Assembly: GCA_963677015.1 (NCBI GenBank)
Contig: OY781533.1
Location: 3,265,231 to 3,329,230 of the forward strand
Direction: 5' to 3'
DNA length: 64,000 nt
DNA from: Planctomycetota bacterium
GTDB taxonomy: Bacteria > Planctomycetota > SZUA-567
Every line of letters begins with the position of its first letter. The stretch's first letter is position 1. Below the pieces are notes generated by a model. That model worked only from the letters and a program-made list of their open reading frames with translations. It searched no databases and was not told where the DNA came from. The position numbers and the translations under genes are program-made. Shown here piece after piece: positions 1 through 8,821 of this stretch.

Positions 1-736
1 GTGCCAACGGATTCCTTACGACACCATACAAACCAGATACAAGTTTAATAAATCCTTTTTGCTCTCCTATTTCAGTGTCTGTTTTCAAGCTATTGATTTT
101 TATAAGCGGCTGTTTCACCGTAAATGCTGATTCAATCAGATTTACCCCATCACCTTCAAGCCCTGACAAGTCCCTTACCCTCTTGCTTATACTCTTCATT
201 GCTTCAAGCACAGTGTAAAAATAATTATCCGAAATTATCTCAAACAAGCTACATTCAATAATTATACTGTGAGTATTTCTATCCTCGAGCTTTCCTTTAA
301 ATCTATTTGCTCTCTCTATTGCTTCTTTTAATGTAGTAGCTTTAGCAGAACGAACAATCTTGCCTGACTCATTAACAGCATACCCTTCAAGAGCTAACAC
401 GGCATTCAACTTACTTCTTCTCTCTTCAAATTTACTACGATCTTTAGTATATTGCGCCGGATTCATAACATAATTAATTAATGAAATCACATGATTACCA
501 CACTGATATTTATTGCTAAAATTAGCCAAGGCGTTATACAGACGATCACGCTTATTAATAGAATTATAAAATCCAGGAGGTGCTTTAGTAATGCTATCAG
601 GAATCTGTAAATTCCCTAAAGCAAAATCAATTTCTTTATTGGTCAATCCTTCACTTGTATCACCAATAATATCTGACACAGTTCTTAATAGCTGCGAAGA
701 AAACAGAGGTATTAGATTATTAGTTTTTATAGCCAT
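1..736 (-). CDS. TIGR02391 (Hypoth_Ymh) family protein, C-terminus cut by window edge
   Basis: Not in the ORF track because no stop lies in the window. The reverse complement reads ATG (736..734) MAIKTNNLIPLFSSQLLRTV... and stays open to position 1. The distal part ...YFYTVLEAMKSISKRVRDLSGLEGDGVNLIESAF...GEQKGFIKLVSGLYGVVRNPLA fits my recollection of the TIGR02391 signature (AV.EA.K....VR...G..DG..L...AF ... G....L..G....RNP.AH). The family is commonly found next to type I R-M genes. Confidence 0.6.
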   Translation of the reverse strand, partial: MAIKTNNLIPLFSSQLLRTVSDIIGDTSEGLTNKEIDFALGNLQIPDSITKAPPGFYNSINKRDRLYNALANFSNKYQCGNHVISLINYVMNPAQYTKDRSKFEERRSKLNAVLALEGYAVNESGKIVRSAKATTLKEAIERANRFKGKLEDRNTHSIIIECSLFEIISDNYFYTVLEAMKSISKRVRDLSGLEGDGVNLIESAFTVKQPLIKINSLKTDTEIGEQKGFIKLVSGLYGVVRNPLA

Positions 737-1060
737 TAACTACTCCTAATAACATTTTCATTCACCCACAAAATTCATATCACTCAGATATTCCTAATAA
801 CAATCAAGCAAAACATACAGCCTCAAACCAGAGAACTTGACAAAACTCTTCTTCCACTGCAGTTCTGCTTCTTTCTAAATGCGCAACCGAGTCTTAATCC
901 CTTCAACTCCAGCTCTGATCTTCTCCTCTTTCTCTGAGTCAATTATCACACCCGCAATAATAAAGTACTCCGAAGCACCATCCTTCTCATGCTCAAGATC
1001 AGTATTCCCACATTCATCAAGGTACAAACTCTTAGCCACAGTACTCACAACCCAACTCCA

Positions 1061-2248
1061 TTATAACTCCCCATTAAACGCTCTCTGCATCAACGCCTCA
1101 AAATTATCCTCAAGCTCACACAGGGATTTCTGCATTCTTTCCTTCTCTGCTTCGATTGCTGCTACACGTTTGGCAAAGGTGTTTTGGAGGGCGAGTGGTG
1201 GACAAGGCACCTTAAACATACTGATCTGTTCTTTAGTTATTGCCTCTCTTGTTGCACCGCCACTTGTTGCAATTGAATATAAATATTGCTTATATGTATG
1301 ATTTATTATTGTATGCAGTAAGTATACTGAATTAATTTTTCCTTTATCTAAACGAATAATTGATACATGCTGATTTACCCTAGCAGGTAAAACATCTGTT
1401 GGCACTATTGCACACCTAGTCACAGAAGCACCAGTAATATTAAGTAACACATCATTTTCTTTAATTATCACATTAGAAAGCCTATTCGCTTGTTCATCAT
1501 TAATATATGCCAACTCATTATATACAAATCTATTATCATAAATATTCATACTTCTTATTAAGCTAATTCCTTCACTTTGATAAGCTTCTTTTCCACCTCT
1601 TGGAGTTGCTCCACTTCCTATTTTACTTGTCACATCTCCAAGGTTTACACAATCCCATCCCATAGGATTAGTCACAGGATCTCCAAACATATCATAAAAC
1701 AAACTCTTAACCAGCTCATCCATCTCAGCAAGCTGCTCCTTACGCTTATCAATCAACCCCTGCGCTCCATCCAACACCCCAACAATCCGCTCTTGCTCTG
1801 GAAGTAGAGGGAGTGGAATTTTAATATTTTTTAAAATTGCACCTGATATGTTTGGCTGTGCTCCTCCAACTCCCTGAGCAATTAAATTTATCTTATGCGA
1901 ACACATAAAACTATATAAAAATTCTGGTAATATTGCATCACATGGTAATATTGCTCCACAAGCCTGATTCGTAGCTGCTTCAATTCCCAAAATACTACAA
2001 TTTCCAATTGTTGCCCCATATAATGCAATAAGTACTGTATTAGCAGGAAATAGCTTTGCAGATGAATTATTCAAACCATCCTGAGTAATATACTCATCTG
2101 GCTCAAAAATATATTTACTTTTAAGATCACCAGTTTTTACCCAAGGAATATTTCCATTATCGTAGTATTCTCCATTTATCCTACTAGGGGTACCACCTGA
2201 TGTAATCGTTGCGAAGTCCCCAAGTTTTACTATTTCCCATTTATTCAT
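1061..2248 (-). CDS. hsdS: Type I restriction-modification specificity subunit HsdS
   Basis: 395 aa. N-terminal KLGDFATITSGGTPSR motif. Two variable target-recognition halves are each followed by a conserved helical spacer (LPLLPEQERIVGVLDGAQGLIDKRKEQLAEMDELVKSLFYDMF and PPLALQNTFAKRVAAIEAEKERMQKSLCELEDNFEALMQRAF). Same strand as hsdM and tightly packed with it. Confidence 0.9.
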   Translation of the reverse strand: MNKWEIVKLGDFATITSGGTPSRINGEYYDNGNIPWVKTGDLKSKYIFEPDEYITQDGLNNSSAKLFPANTVLIALYGATIGNCSILGIEAATNQACGAILPCDAILPEFLYSFMCSHKINLIAQGVGGAQPNISGAILKNIKIPLPLLPEQERIVGVLDGAQGLIDKRKEQLAEMDELVKSLFYDMFGDPVTNPMGWDCVNLGDVTSKIGSGATPRGGKEAYQSEGISLIRSMNIYDNRFVYNELAYINDEQANRLSNVIIKENDVLLNITGASVTRCAIVPTDVLPARVNQHVSIIRLDKGKINSVYLLHTIINHTYKQYLYSIATSGGATREAITKEQISMFKVPCPPLALQNTFAKRVAAIEAEKERMQKSLCELEDNFEALMQRAFNGEL

Positions 2249-2252
2249 TTAT

Positions 2253-3377
2253 TTAAACTCTCTTCTGCAAGTTTTTTTGACGCTCTTTTTTATACTTTTT
2301 CAGATCAATTTTAAGGGTTGGGTTATTTTCCAAAATTTCAACCAAAAACAAATAATCCGTACTATAATCATCAAACTCAAACTCAGAATCCTTAACATAA
2401 TCAGGATTAGAAAAATATTCTTTCCATGAAATTACAGATTTATTTACATGTCCCTTAGTACTATCGTAAATATGACTAGCCAGATTATTTGTAACAATAA
2501 ACTTCGATTTACAAAAAGTAATAAGACTTATTTCATTACCATCTACTGCAGTATTTATATCTTCAATAAGACAACCCAACTCTTCAAGCTTACAATGAAT
2601 CCCCCAAATACATTTACTAGGGTTATTACTAATACTATCTGATATTAATGAATCATGACAAGAAATTAAATTTTCCACTAGAATATTATCAACTTCATCA
2701 TATTCATGATATATACGTTTTATATTTAACCAAGCTTTAAAACACGTGAAATTTTTATCTTTAACATTTATTAAAAAAAACTTGATCTCTCTAAAATTAA
2801 CATTAATGTTAAATTCTTGATTACGCATCAAACGCGCAAGACGATTTATTCCATATTGGCGATTTTTTTCATCCTGTATTAACTCAAAAACATCTTCAAG
2901 CCTAGCGGCTTCCATAACTGCCTTTTTTATACTTTGTTCATGTTTGGAAGACTCTTTATCATTATGTCTCCAAATCCATAACACCCAAAAATATGGTGCA
3001 AGAATAATTGGTATAATAGACGCATGAGTGCTCATCATCATAACAATTGCTTGTTGGAATGTAAATCCAGCTAAGCTCCAGAACGGCTGATCAGGTAAAC
3101 TTCCACTAAAATATGCCCTACCAGAATCATCTACCTGTATACTATTTATAAGGTCAAGATAGTCATCAACAACAAATTCCGCTTTATAACAAGTTGACAA
3201 ATATGACAAATATAAATATACCATGCAACCAATCCCAAACATTACAAATGTTGCTATAACATTATGCTTACGCCCAAGCCTACCCAACCATGCTAATGGT
3301 CTATTTACATATTTACTATATGTTTGTCGGAACCAATCTCTAATTACTGTCATTTCATTAATTATTTTCTTTAACAA
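2253..3377 (-). CDS. Uncharacterised membrane protein, paralog A, nested in the hsd operon
   Basis: 374 aa. Hydrophobic segments at about aa 40-60 and 105-137. The last one ends in ILAPYFWVLWIWRHNDKE, shared with the upstream ORF. A ~230-aa soluble C-terminal region has no motif I recognise. There is a 4-nt gap to hsdS and a 17-nt gap to the upstream paralog. Confidence 0.6.
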   Translation of the reverse strand: MLKKIINEMTVIRDWFRQTYSKYVNRPLAWLGRLGRKHNVIATFVMFGIGCMVYLYLSYLSTCYKAEFVVDDYLDLINSIQVDDSGRAYFSGSLPDQPFWSLAGFTFQQAIVMMMSTHASIIPIILAPYFWVLWIWRHNDKESSKHEQSIKKAVMEAARLEDVFELIQDEKNRQYGINRLARLMRNQEFNINVNFREIKFFLINVKDKNFTCFKAWLNIKRIYHEYDEVDNILVENLISCHDSLISDSISNNPSKCIWGIHCKLEELGCLIEDINTAVDGNEISLITFCKSKFIVTNNLASHIYDSTKGHVNKSVISWKEYFSNPDYVKDSEFEFDDYSTDYLFLVEILENNPTLKIDLKKYKKERQKNLQKRV

Positions 3378-3394
3378 TCATAAAACAATACAAA

Positions 3395-4717
3395 CTAAAT
3401 AATCTCAAGTGTTTTATTTTTCTTCAAATTCATAATAAAAGCTTCATGAGATTCTGATAGATTAGAGTTCAATATAAACTTACAATCTTTCGCCAATTTT
3501 TCATCTTTTAATAAATCCATAACCTCCTTGTTCGCACCATGATGACTATTTACAATCCGACAATTATTAAATGAAACTTTCCAAGTGTCATCATAATAAA
3601 AATGATACCATTTAGACATATTATTTAAATCCTCAAGACAAAGTTCACAGTTATATAAGATCTTATTTACTAAATTTTTACTACCTAAATTGTTTTGAAA
3701 AGAGCATAAGTCATCCCATTTTATATCTTCAATTTTGATAATATACTTTGCCGTGTGCTTAGTAATAATTATAAATTTTCTTTGTAATTCTAATACAGCA
3801 AGGAAGGCGACACTTCTTATTCGCTTAACTCTAACACCTTTTTGCTTTTCATATTCAGCCCCGCACTCTTCTCCGTTTTCATTTTCAATAATTATTTCTT
3901 TAGCATTTATAAGAGCACAAATTGCTTGTTCACAATAAAACTCGAATTTCTTTTTTTTCTTATATTGAAACCAATTATCACTTGATAATTTCCTTGGTTC
4001 AAATCTACCAAGAAATTCATCTAACTTGTATATTCCTGTAGCTAACAAGCTATCGGAATTAGATCCTAACATCTCGAGAATACGATTAAATTCATTATAT
4101 TCATCCAATTGCTGTTCTCTAGATTTTGCATTTTCTTTATCATTATGACGCCAGACCCATAATACCCAAAAGTAAGGTGCTAAAATAATTGTTAATATAG
4201 ATGTTGGGTTGCTTATAATTATTCCTATAAGACTTTGAGCATCCTTAATGGATTTTAAAATACTTTGAGGAAAATCTAGTCCCATAACAATATCACTTTT
4301 TTCAAAAGAATAAATTGATATTGACTTAAAAATATAAAAAATTACTACCCCCCAGCATAACCCACAAAACGTAAAAATTACGGGGTGCTTTCTAAATATT
4401 GAATATACTAATAAATGAACTTTTAAAGGATATATCAATAGCAACAGAAATAGCAGCGCTTTATAATTATTTACAACATAATCATACTCTTTATAAATAA
4501 ACAAAACTGCATCAAAACTCTCATAGTTTAGCATTAATAAACAAGCTACACTAAATGAGATAAACAGAGCAAGCATTCCTAGAAATATATTTAACAATAA
4601 ATGTTGATTTATATAACTATAAACAATCATTACACGATCAGTCAATTCTGCTAATAAATTTGTTACTTTTAAAAAATATTTTTCCGGTTTATTGAAATTC
4701 CTTGAGTTATCACCCAT
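3395..4717 (-). CDS. Uncharacterised multi-pass membrane protein, paralog B, nested in the hsd operon
   Basis: 440 aa. It has about 4-5 hydrophobic segments, the last ending in ILAPYFWVLWVWRHNDKE. The soluble C-terminal region has a run of leucines at 5-residue spacing (NNLGS KNLVN KILYN CELCL EDLNN). The start overlaps the hsdM stop by 8 nt. Confidence 0.6.
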   Translation of the reverse strand: MGDNSRNFNKPEKYFLKVTNLLAELTDRVMIVYSYINQHLLLNIFLGMLALFISFSVACLLMLNYESFDAVLFIYKEYDYVVNNYKALLFLLLLIYPLKVHLLVYSIFRKHPVIFTFCGLCWGVVIFYIFKSISIYSFEKSDIVMGLDFPQSILKSIKDAQSLIGIIISNPTSILTIILAPYFWVLWVWRHNDKENAKSREQQLDEYNEFNRILEMLGSNSDSLLATGIYKLDEFLGRFEPRKLSSDNWFQYKKKKKFEFYCEQAICALINAKEIIIENENGEECGAEYEKQKGVRVKRIRSVAFLAVLELQRKFIIITKHTAKYIIKIEDIKWDDLCSFQNNLGSKNLVNKILYNCELCLEDLNNMSKWYHFYYDDTWKVSFNNCRIVNSHHGANKEVMDLLKDEKLAKDCKFILNSNLSESHEAFIMNLKKNKTLEII

Positions 4718-6200
4718 TATTCTTCTTTCTTCGCTCCTTTACAAGCATCTGCTGCAAATCTTGAATCCCTTTACTAATTTCTTTCTCCAGTCCTGCAACC
4801 CGCTCCAGTATTACCGCTGGCTCATCATATTGTACCTCTTCATAAACTATCTCTTTATACCGGTTGATCGACAGATCATACTCATTCTCAACAACCTCAC
4901 TAACCGGCACCAGAAATGACTGCTCCGTCCGCTTCCGCTTCTTCTCTTTCTCCAGCTTCCCGAACCGATCAATAATATCCGGTATATCAGAACTATCGAG
5001 CTTTGTTCGCTTATCATCCAGACTGTACCCGTCACTCTCCATATCATAAAACCAGATATTCTCCGTTCCCCCTATCCCGGTCTTATCGAATATCATCACC
5101 GCCGTACTCACTCCCGCATACGGCTTAAACACTCCACTCGGCATTGAGATAATAGCCCTCAGATTATGCTTCTGCACTATCTCCTCCCGCAACTTCTTAT
5201 GCGCCCCACTACTCCCAAATAACACCCCATCCGGCACAATACACGCACATCTCCCGCCCTTCTTGAGCATCTGTATCATCAGCGCCACAAATAGTAACTC
5301 CGTCTTCTTCGTCTTCGTCACCTTGAGTATATCCGCCGACACATCCTCATAATTCAGCGACCCCTTAAACGGCGGATTCGCCAGTATCAGCGTACACCTC
5401 TCCCGCTCATGATTATCCCCAGACAACGAATCACGATACTCAATATTCGGATTCTCTACCCCATGCAGCATCATATTCATCGCCCCAATCCGCAGCATCG
5501 TCGTATCAGTATCAAATCCAAAGAACATATCATTATTATAATGCTTCCGAAGCTTCTCGTTTTTAAATATCTCATCATGATACTCCTGCAGATATTCCCC
5601 GGCAGCAACTAAAAACCCAGACGTACCCGCCGCCGGATCAATTATCGTATCACTCGGCACCGGCTTCATCAAATCAACCATCATCCTGATAATATGCCGC
5701 GGTGTCCGAAACTGCCCATTCTGACCCGACGTCGCAATCTTTGACAAGAGATACTCATATAAATCCCCCTTTGCATCCTTACCCCTGATGTCTAGCTTAT
5801 CAATACTGGTCACAATCTTCTGCAGCATCCCAGCCTTCGGAATAGCAAATATCGCATCTTCCATATATTTAGAAAATGCCGATTCCTTATTCGCATGCAG
5901 ATTCTTGATAAACGCAAACACTCCATTCTTCGGATCAGTAAACAACTCAAACATCTTCTCCGCTGGCAAATGCTTGAAGTGACTCCATCTAAGTTCCCGC
6001 TTATCCTCAGGAAATATCTTCTTACTAACAGTACCCAGCAGCGCATCATTGCTATCCAATTCATTCTGTCTGTCATCCAAGCCTTTAATAAAGAGCAAAT
6101 ATGTAAACTGCTCAATCACCGTCATCGGATTAGCAATTCCTCCAGCCCAAAACACATCCCAAATCGCATCTATCTTATTTCTAAGTTCCCCAGTTATCAT
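4710..6200 (-). CDS. hsdM: Type I restriction-modification N6-adenine DNA methyltransferase subunit HsdM
   Basis: 496 aa. HsdM N-terminal-type region (LRNKIDAIWDVFWAGGIANPMTVIEQFTYLLFIKGLDD), AdoMet motif I IIDPAAGTSGFLV and catalytic motif IV LANPPF. Confidence 0.93.
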   Translation of the reverse strand: MITGELRNKIDAIWDVFWAGGIANPMTVIEQFTYLLFIKGLDDRQNELDSNDALLGTVSKKIFPEDKRELRWSHFKHLPAEKMFELFTDPKNGVFAFIKNLHANKESAFSKYMEDAIFAIPKAGMLQKIVTSIDKLDIRGKDAKGDLYEYLLSKIATSGQNGQFRTPRHIIRMMVDLMKPVPSDTIIDPAAGTSGFLVAAGEYLQEYHDEIFKNEKLRKHYNNDMFFGFDTDTTMLRIGAMNMMLHGVENPNIEYRDSLSGDNHERERCTLILANPPFKGSLNYEDVSADILKVTKTKKTELLFVALMIQMLKKGGRCACIVPDGVLFGSSGAHKKLREEIVQKHNLRAIISMPSGVFKPYAGVSTAVMIFDKTGIGGTENIWFYDMESDGYSLDDKRTKLDSSDIPDIIDRFGKLEKEKKRKRTEQSFLVPVSEVVENEYDLSINRYKEIVYEEVQYDEPAVILERVAGLEKEISKGIQDLQQMLVKERRKKNNG

Positions 6201-6373
6201 ACCAGCTCCCTAATATTATTCTAACTTACACTACCAATATACCACAATATAACATACTACCCTAATTTACTTTTCACGCAAGCAAAATACACACTCTCTA
6301 ACCCAAAGAAATGATAATATACTCACAACAACACATATCCTGCTATCAACCTCAAACTCTTATACGCCCTTAT

Positions 6374-6382
6374 ATTATACCA
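6374..6382 (-). promoter_or_regulatory. Candidate extended -10 promoter element (TGgTATAAT) for the hsdM operon
   Basis: The reverse complement of 6371..6382 reads TGGTATAATATA. This is a perfect TATAAT preceded by TGn, about 175 nt upstream of the hsdM ATG. No good -35 was found. Sigma-70-like specificity in this organism is assumed. Confidence 0.3.
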
Positions 6383-6574
6383 AATTAACCATTCACGACA
6401 CGTTCAAATCATAATACCAAATAATCAAATAACCTTAACCAACAAATTATAAATTAAACATAATAGCGATAATTAATACATTTTAAAATTTGAATCAAAT
6501 CATACAAATATGTATTATTGTAAATTATAGCGCACATTAGTAATACTTATTGACATACTATTTAAGGAGATATC

Positions 6575-7762
6575 ATGCTAAGCAAGGCAATTAATTTAAC
6601 TGTAAAGACTTTATTAAAATTAACAGAAATAACAAAAAAAATACTAATAAAATGTGGATTTAAAGGATTTTTACCTAATAAATCAAAAAATTCAGAATTC
6701 ATATATGGAACAATTGAAGTTGATTCTTCTGGCGCTAAATATTTACAAAATATCAATCCTCACGAAGACAACATTACTGAATTTCCAAAAGACTTTAAAT
6801 CTACCATTATTGAAGGTGACAAGGTTGTTGTAAGTAGAAAGTATTGGAGTACAGATGAGCCAATCACTGAGACATTTGTCAACTGCAAAAATATAAAAGC
6901 TGGTGTTTATGCTAGCAAAAAATACCCTTTAAGTGGTAAAATTTTTAAGCTCCTAAACAATATTTACTATATTGTTTCATACTATTCAATAACCTCATTT
7001 TTCTTAACATTATTGGCATGTTATATAAAAACCGAAAACCTTATAAATAATGATATCTTCATAAACTGCTTAGGATATTTGACATTAATTCCATTATTTT
7101 TGTTCGGATTATACAGATCTTTAGCCTACCCCACAAAAAATAAAAGTCTGTTCGAGCTGACAGATAGAATTTTTAATAACTTAGGAGTGTTGTTTATCAT
7201 AATTGCAATTATACTTTATGTCGCGACAAACTTTATGAATAACATCGAATGTATTTTACTAGGCTTTACTCAAATTTTAGGAGTACATATTTATTACTTT
7301 GCATACCTAAAACGAAAAATTAAGCAAACACGAATAATATTAACAAACATGAAAGAAAATTTTGATAGTAACTCTATTCAAAAAGCAAAGATATTTAACC
7401 TTGAGCCAATATGCTCGAATAAAACTGAAAAATTAGAACCAAATATAACTAATATTAATATTGTTAAATCTACAACAAATATTGATTCATCTAATACTAC
7501 TTCAGTTTCAAATACCAACTATAATAATGAATATCAAATTCAGCCAACTAAAAATTCTGACAATAAAAAAGATATGCCCAGTAAAGAAACAATTAGTGCA
7601 GTTCTTGAAACATTATTTCAAGCAAAAAACGATAAAATACGATTTGAAGGATTAAAGGATATCGCCTCAAAATCTGGTTATAGCGAGCCAACCGTCAGCA
7701 AAGTTCTTAAAATACTAAGGGAAAGATATGATTTTGATGGAAAATGGAATTTAAAAGCCTAA
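6575..7762 (+). CDS. Hypothetical membrane protein with Asn/Ser/Thr-rich linker and C-terminal winged-helix-like tail
   Basis: 395 aa. AGGAG lies 7 nt before the ATG. It has about 4 hydrophobic helices (aa ~130-245) and a low-complexity N/S/T stretch (aa ~290-330). The C-terminus ETISAVLETLFQAKNDKIRFEGLKDIASKSGYSEPTVSKVLKILRERYD looks like a wHTH. A hairpin terminator follows. Confidence 0.5.
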   Translation: MLSKAINLTVKTLLKLTEITKKILIKCGFKGFLPNKSKNSEFIYGTIEVDSSGAKYLQNINPHEDNITEFPKDFKSTIIEGDKVVVSRKYWSTDEPITETFVNCKNIKAGVYASKKYPLSGKIFKLLNNIYYIVSYYSITSFFLTLLACYIKTENLINNDIFINCLGYLTLIPLFLFGLYRSLAYPTKNKSLFELTDRIFNNLGVLFIIIAIILYVATNFMNNIECILLGFTQILGVHIYYFAYLKRKIKQTRIILTNMKENFDSNSIQKAKIFNLEPICSNKTEKLEPNITNINIVKSTTNIDSSNTTSVSNTNYNNEYQIQPTKNSDNKKDMPSKETISAVLETLFQAKNDKIRFEGLKDIASKSGYSEPTVSKVLKILRERYDFDGKWNLKA

Positions 7763-7817
7763 AAATCATATCCGAAACTCCTGAAATTTTAAATATTTTC
7801 ATTTTATTTTATAAAAT

Positions 7818-7850
7818 AAAGCCCTGTTTTTGCAGGGCTTTATTTATTTA
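7818..7850 (+). terminator. Rho-independent terminator
   Basis: aaaGCCCTG-tttttg-CAGGGCttt followed by a T-rich tract, 55 nt after the stop of the 6575..7762 ORF. Confidence 0.7.
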
Positions 7851-7983
7851 ACTTTCGGCGAAAAAAGCGAAACTTGAATATCCCAAAAACAGACTATAAA
7901 CTCATAACATCAACACTGTCAATAAGATTGCAATATATTTAACTACATACAATTTGATTAACTAGCTTAAATTGGAGAAATAA

Positions 7984-8409
7984 ATGACACCAAAAATAAA
8001 CTTCATTCATACAAGAACAGGATGCTATGGATTACAACTTGCAGAACAAGGATTAATTAAAGCAACCGCTCTTGCTGTCCTCATTGCTCTAGCTTCATTC
8101 GTTGATGGTTCAACCATGACAACAAGTATAGACCAAGCCAGCCTTGCTAAACGCGCAGGTGTCTCACTTGAAACATTAAGACGACAATTAAGAATACTAG
8201 AAAAAGTCGGTATTCTTACAACGATAAGGCGTTTTGCCAGAAGCAATATTTATAAAATCAATCCATTGAAATCTGGTGAAAACAGTGCAACTGGTAACCC
8301 CCAAAATAATGGAAATATTACCCTCAAACGTAGTGACTATTCAATAACCAATATCATTTCTAAAAACAGAAATGATGATTTACCAGATATTCGCGCAACT
8401 ACATACTAA
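7984..8409 (+). CDS. Helix-turn-helix protein, possible island replication initiator/regulator
   Basis: 141 aa. GGAG lies before the ATG. The segment SIDQASLAKRAGVSLETLRRQLRILEKVGILTTIRR is a typical wHTH (MarR/replication-O-like). It lies directly upstream of the DnaB-type helicase. Its last 208 bp are part of the 304-bp tandem duplication. Confidence 0.5.
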   Translation: MTPKINFIHTRTGCYGLQLAEQGLIKATALAVLIALASFVDGSTMTTSIDQASLAKRAGVSLETLRRQLRILEKVGILTTIRRFARSNIYKINPLKSGENSATGNPQNNGNITLKRSDYSITNIISKNRNDDLPDIRATTY

Positions 8410-8812
8410 TTCACCCAACAAACTAAACCTAATATGAAGTCAAACCATGGAGGATACATATGTTTATTAGTAGCTACTATCTTTATTTTTATTATTTTAA
8501 AGCACAAAAGTCGGTATTCTTACAACGATAAGGCGTTTTGCCAGAAGCAATATTTATAAAATCAATCCATTGAAATCTGGTGAAAACAGTGCAACTGGTA
8601 ACCCCCAAAATAATGGAAATATTACCCTCAAACGTAGTGACTATTCAATAACCAATATCATTTCTAAAAACAGAAATGATGATTTACCAGATATTCGCGC
8701 AACTACATACTAATTCACCCAACAAACTAAACCTAATATGAAGTCAAACCATGGAGGATACATATGTTTATTAGTAGCTACTATCTTTATTTTTATTATT
8801 TTAAAGCACAAA
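8202..8812. repeat. Perfect tandem direct duplication, period 304 bp (copy 1 8202..8505, copy 2 8506..8809, plus 3-nt aaa junction overlap)
   Basis: Manual alignment: 8202..8508 is identical to 8506..8812 with no mismatch seen. Mismatches occur immediately outside, at 8201 vs 8505 and at 8509 vs 8813. The unit holds the 3' end and stop of the HTH gene plus the intergenic region up to the helicase RBS. Confidence 0.9.
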
Positions 8813-8821
8813 GGAGTATCT

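Noticed and set aside
879-1301. 140-aa plus-strand ORF overlapping the 3' end of hsdS
   Set aside because: It is antisense to a well-supported gene and has a Ser/Pro/Leu-rich low-complexity composition typical of shadow frames. It has no RBS and no recognisable motif.
8738-8821. 28-codon N-terminal extension (MKSNHGGYICLLVATIFIFIILKHKGVS) of the helicase ORF
   Set aside because: It has no RBS, a hydrophobic non-DnaB-like sequence, and lies inside the duplicated segment. The ATG at 8822 has a strong AAGGAG and starts the DnaB-like sequence.
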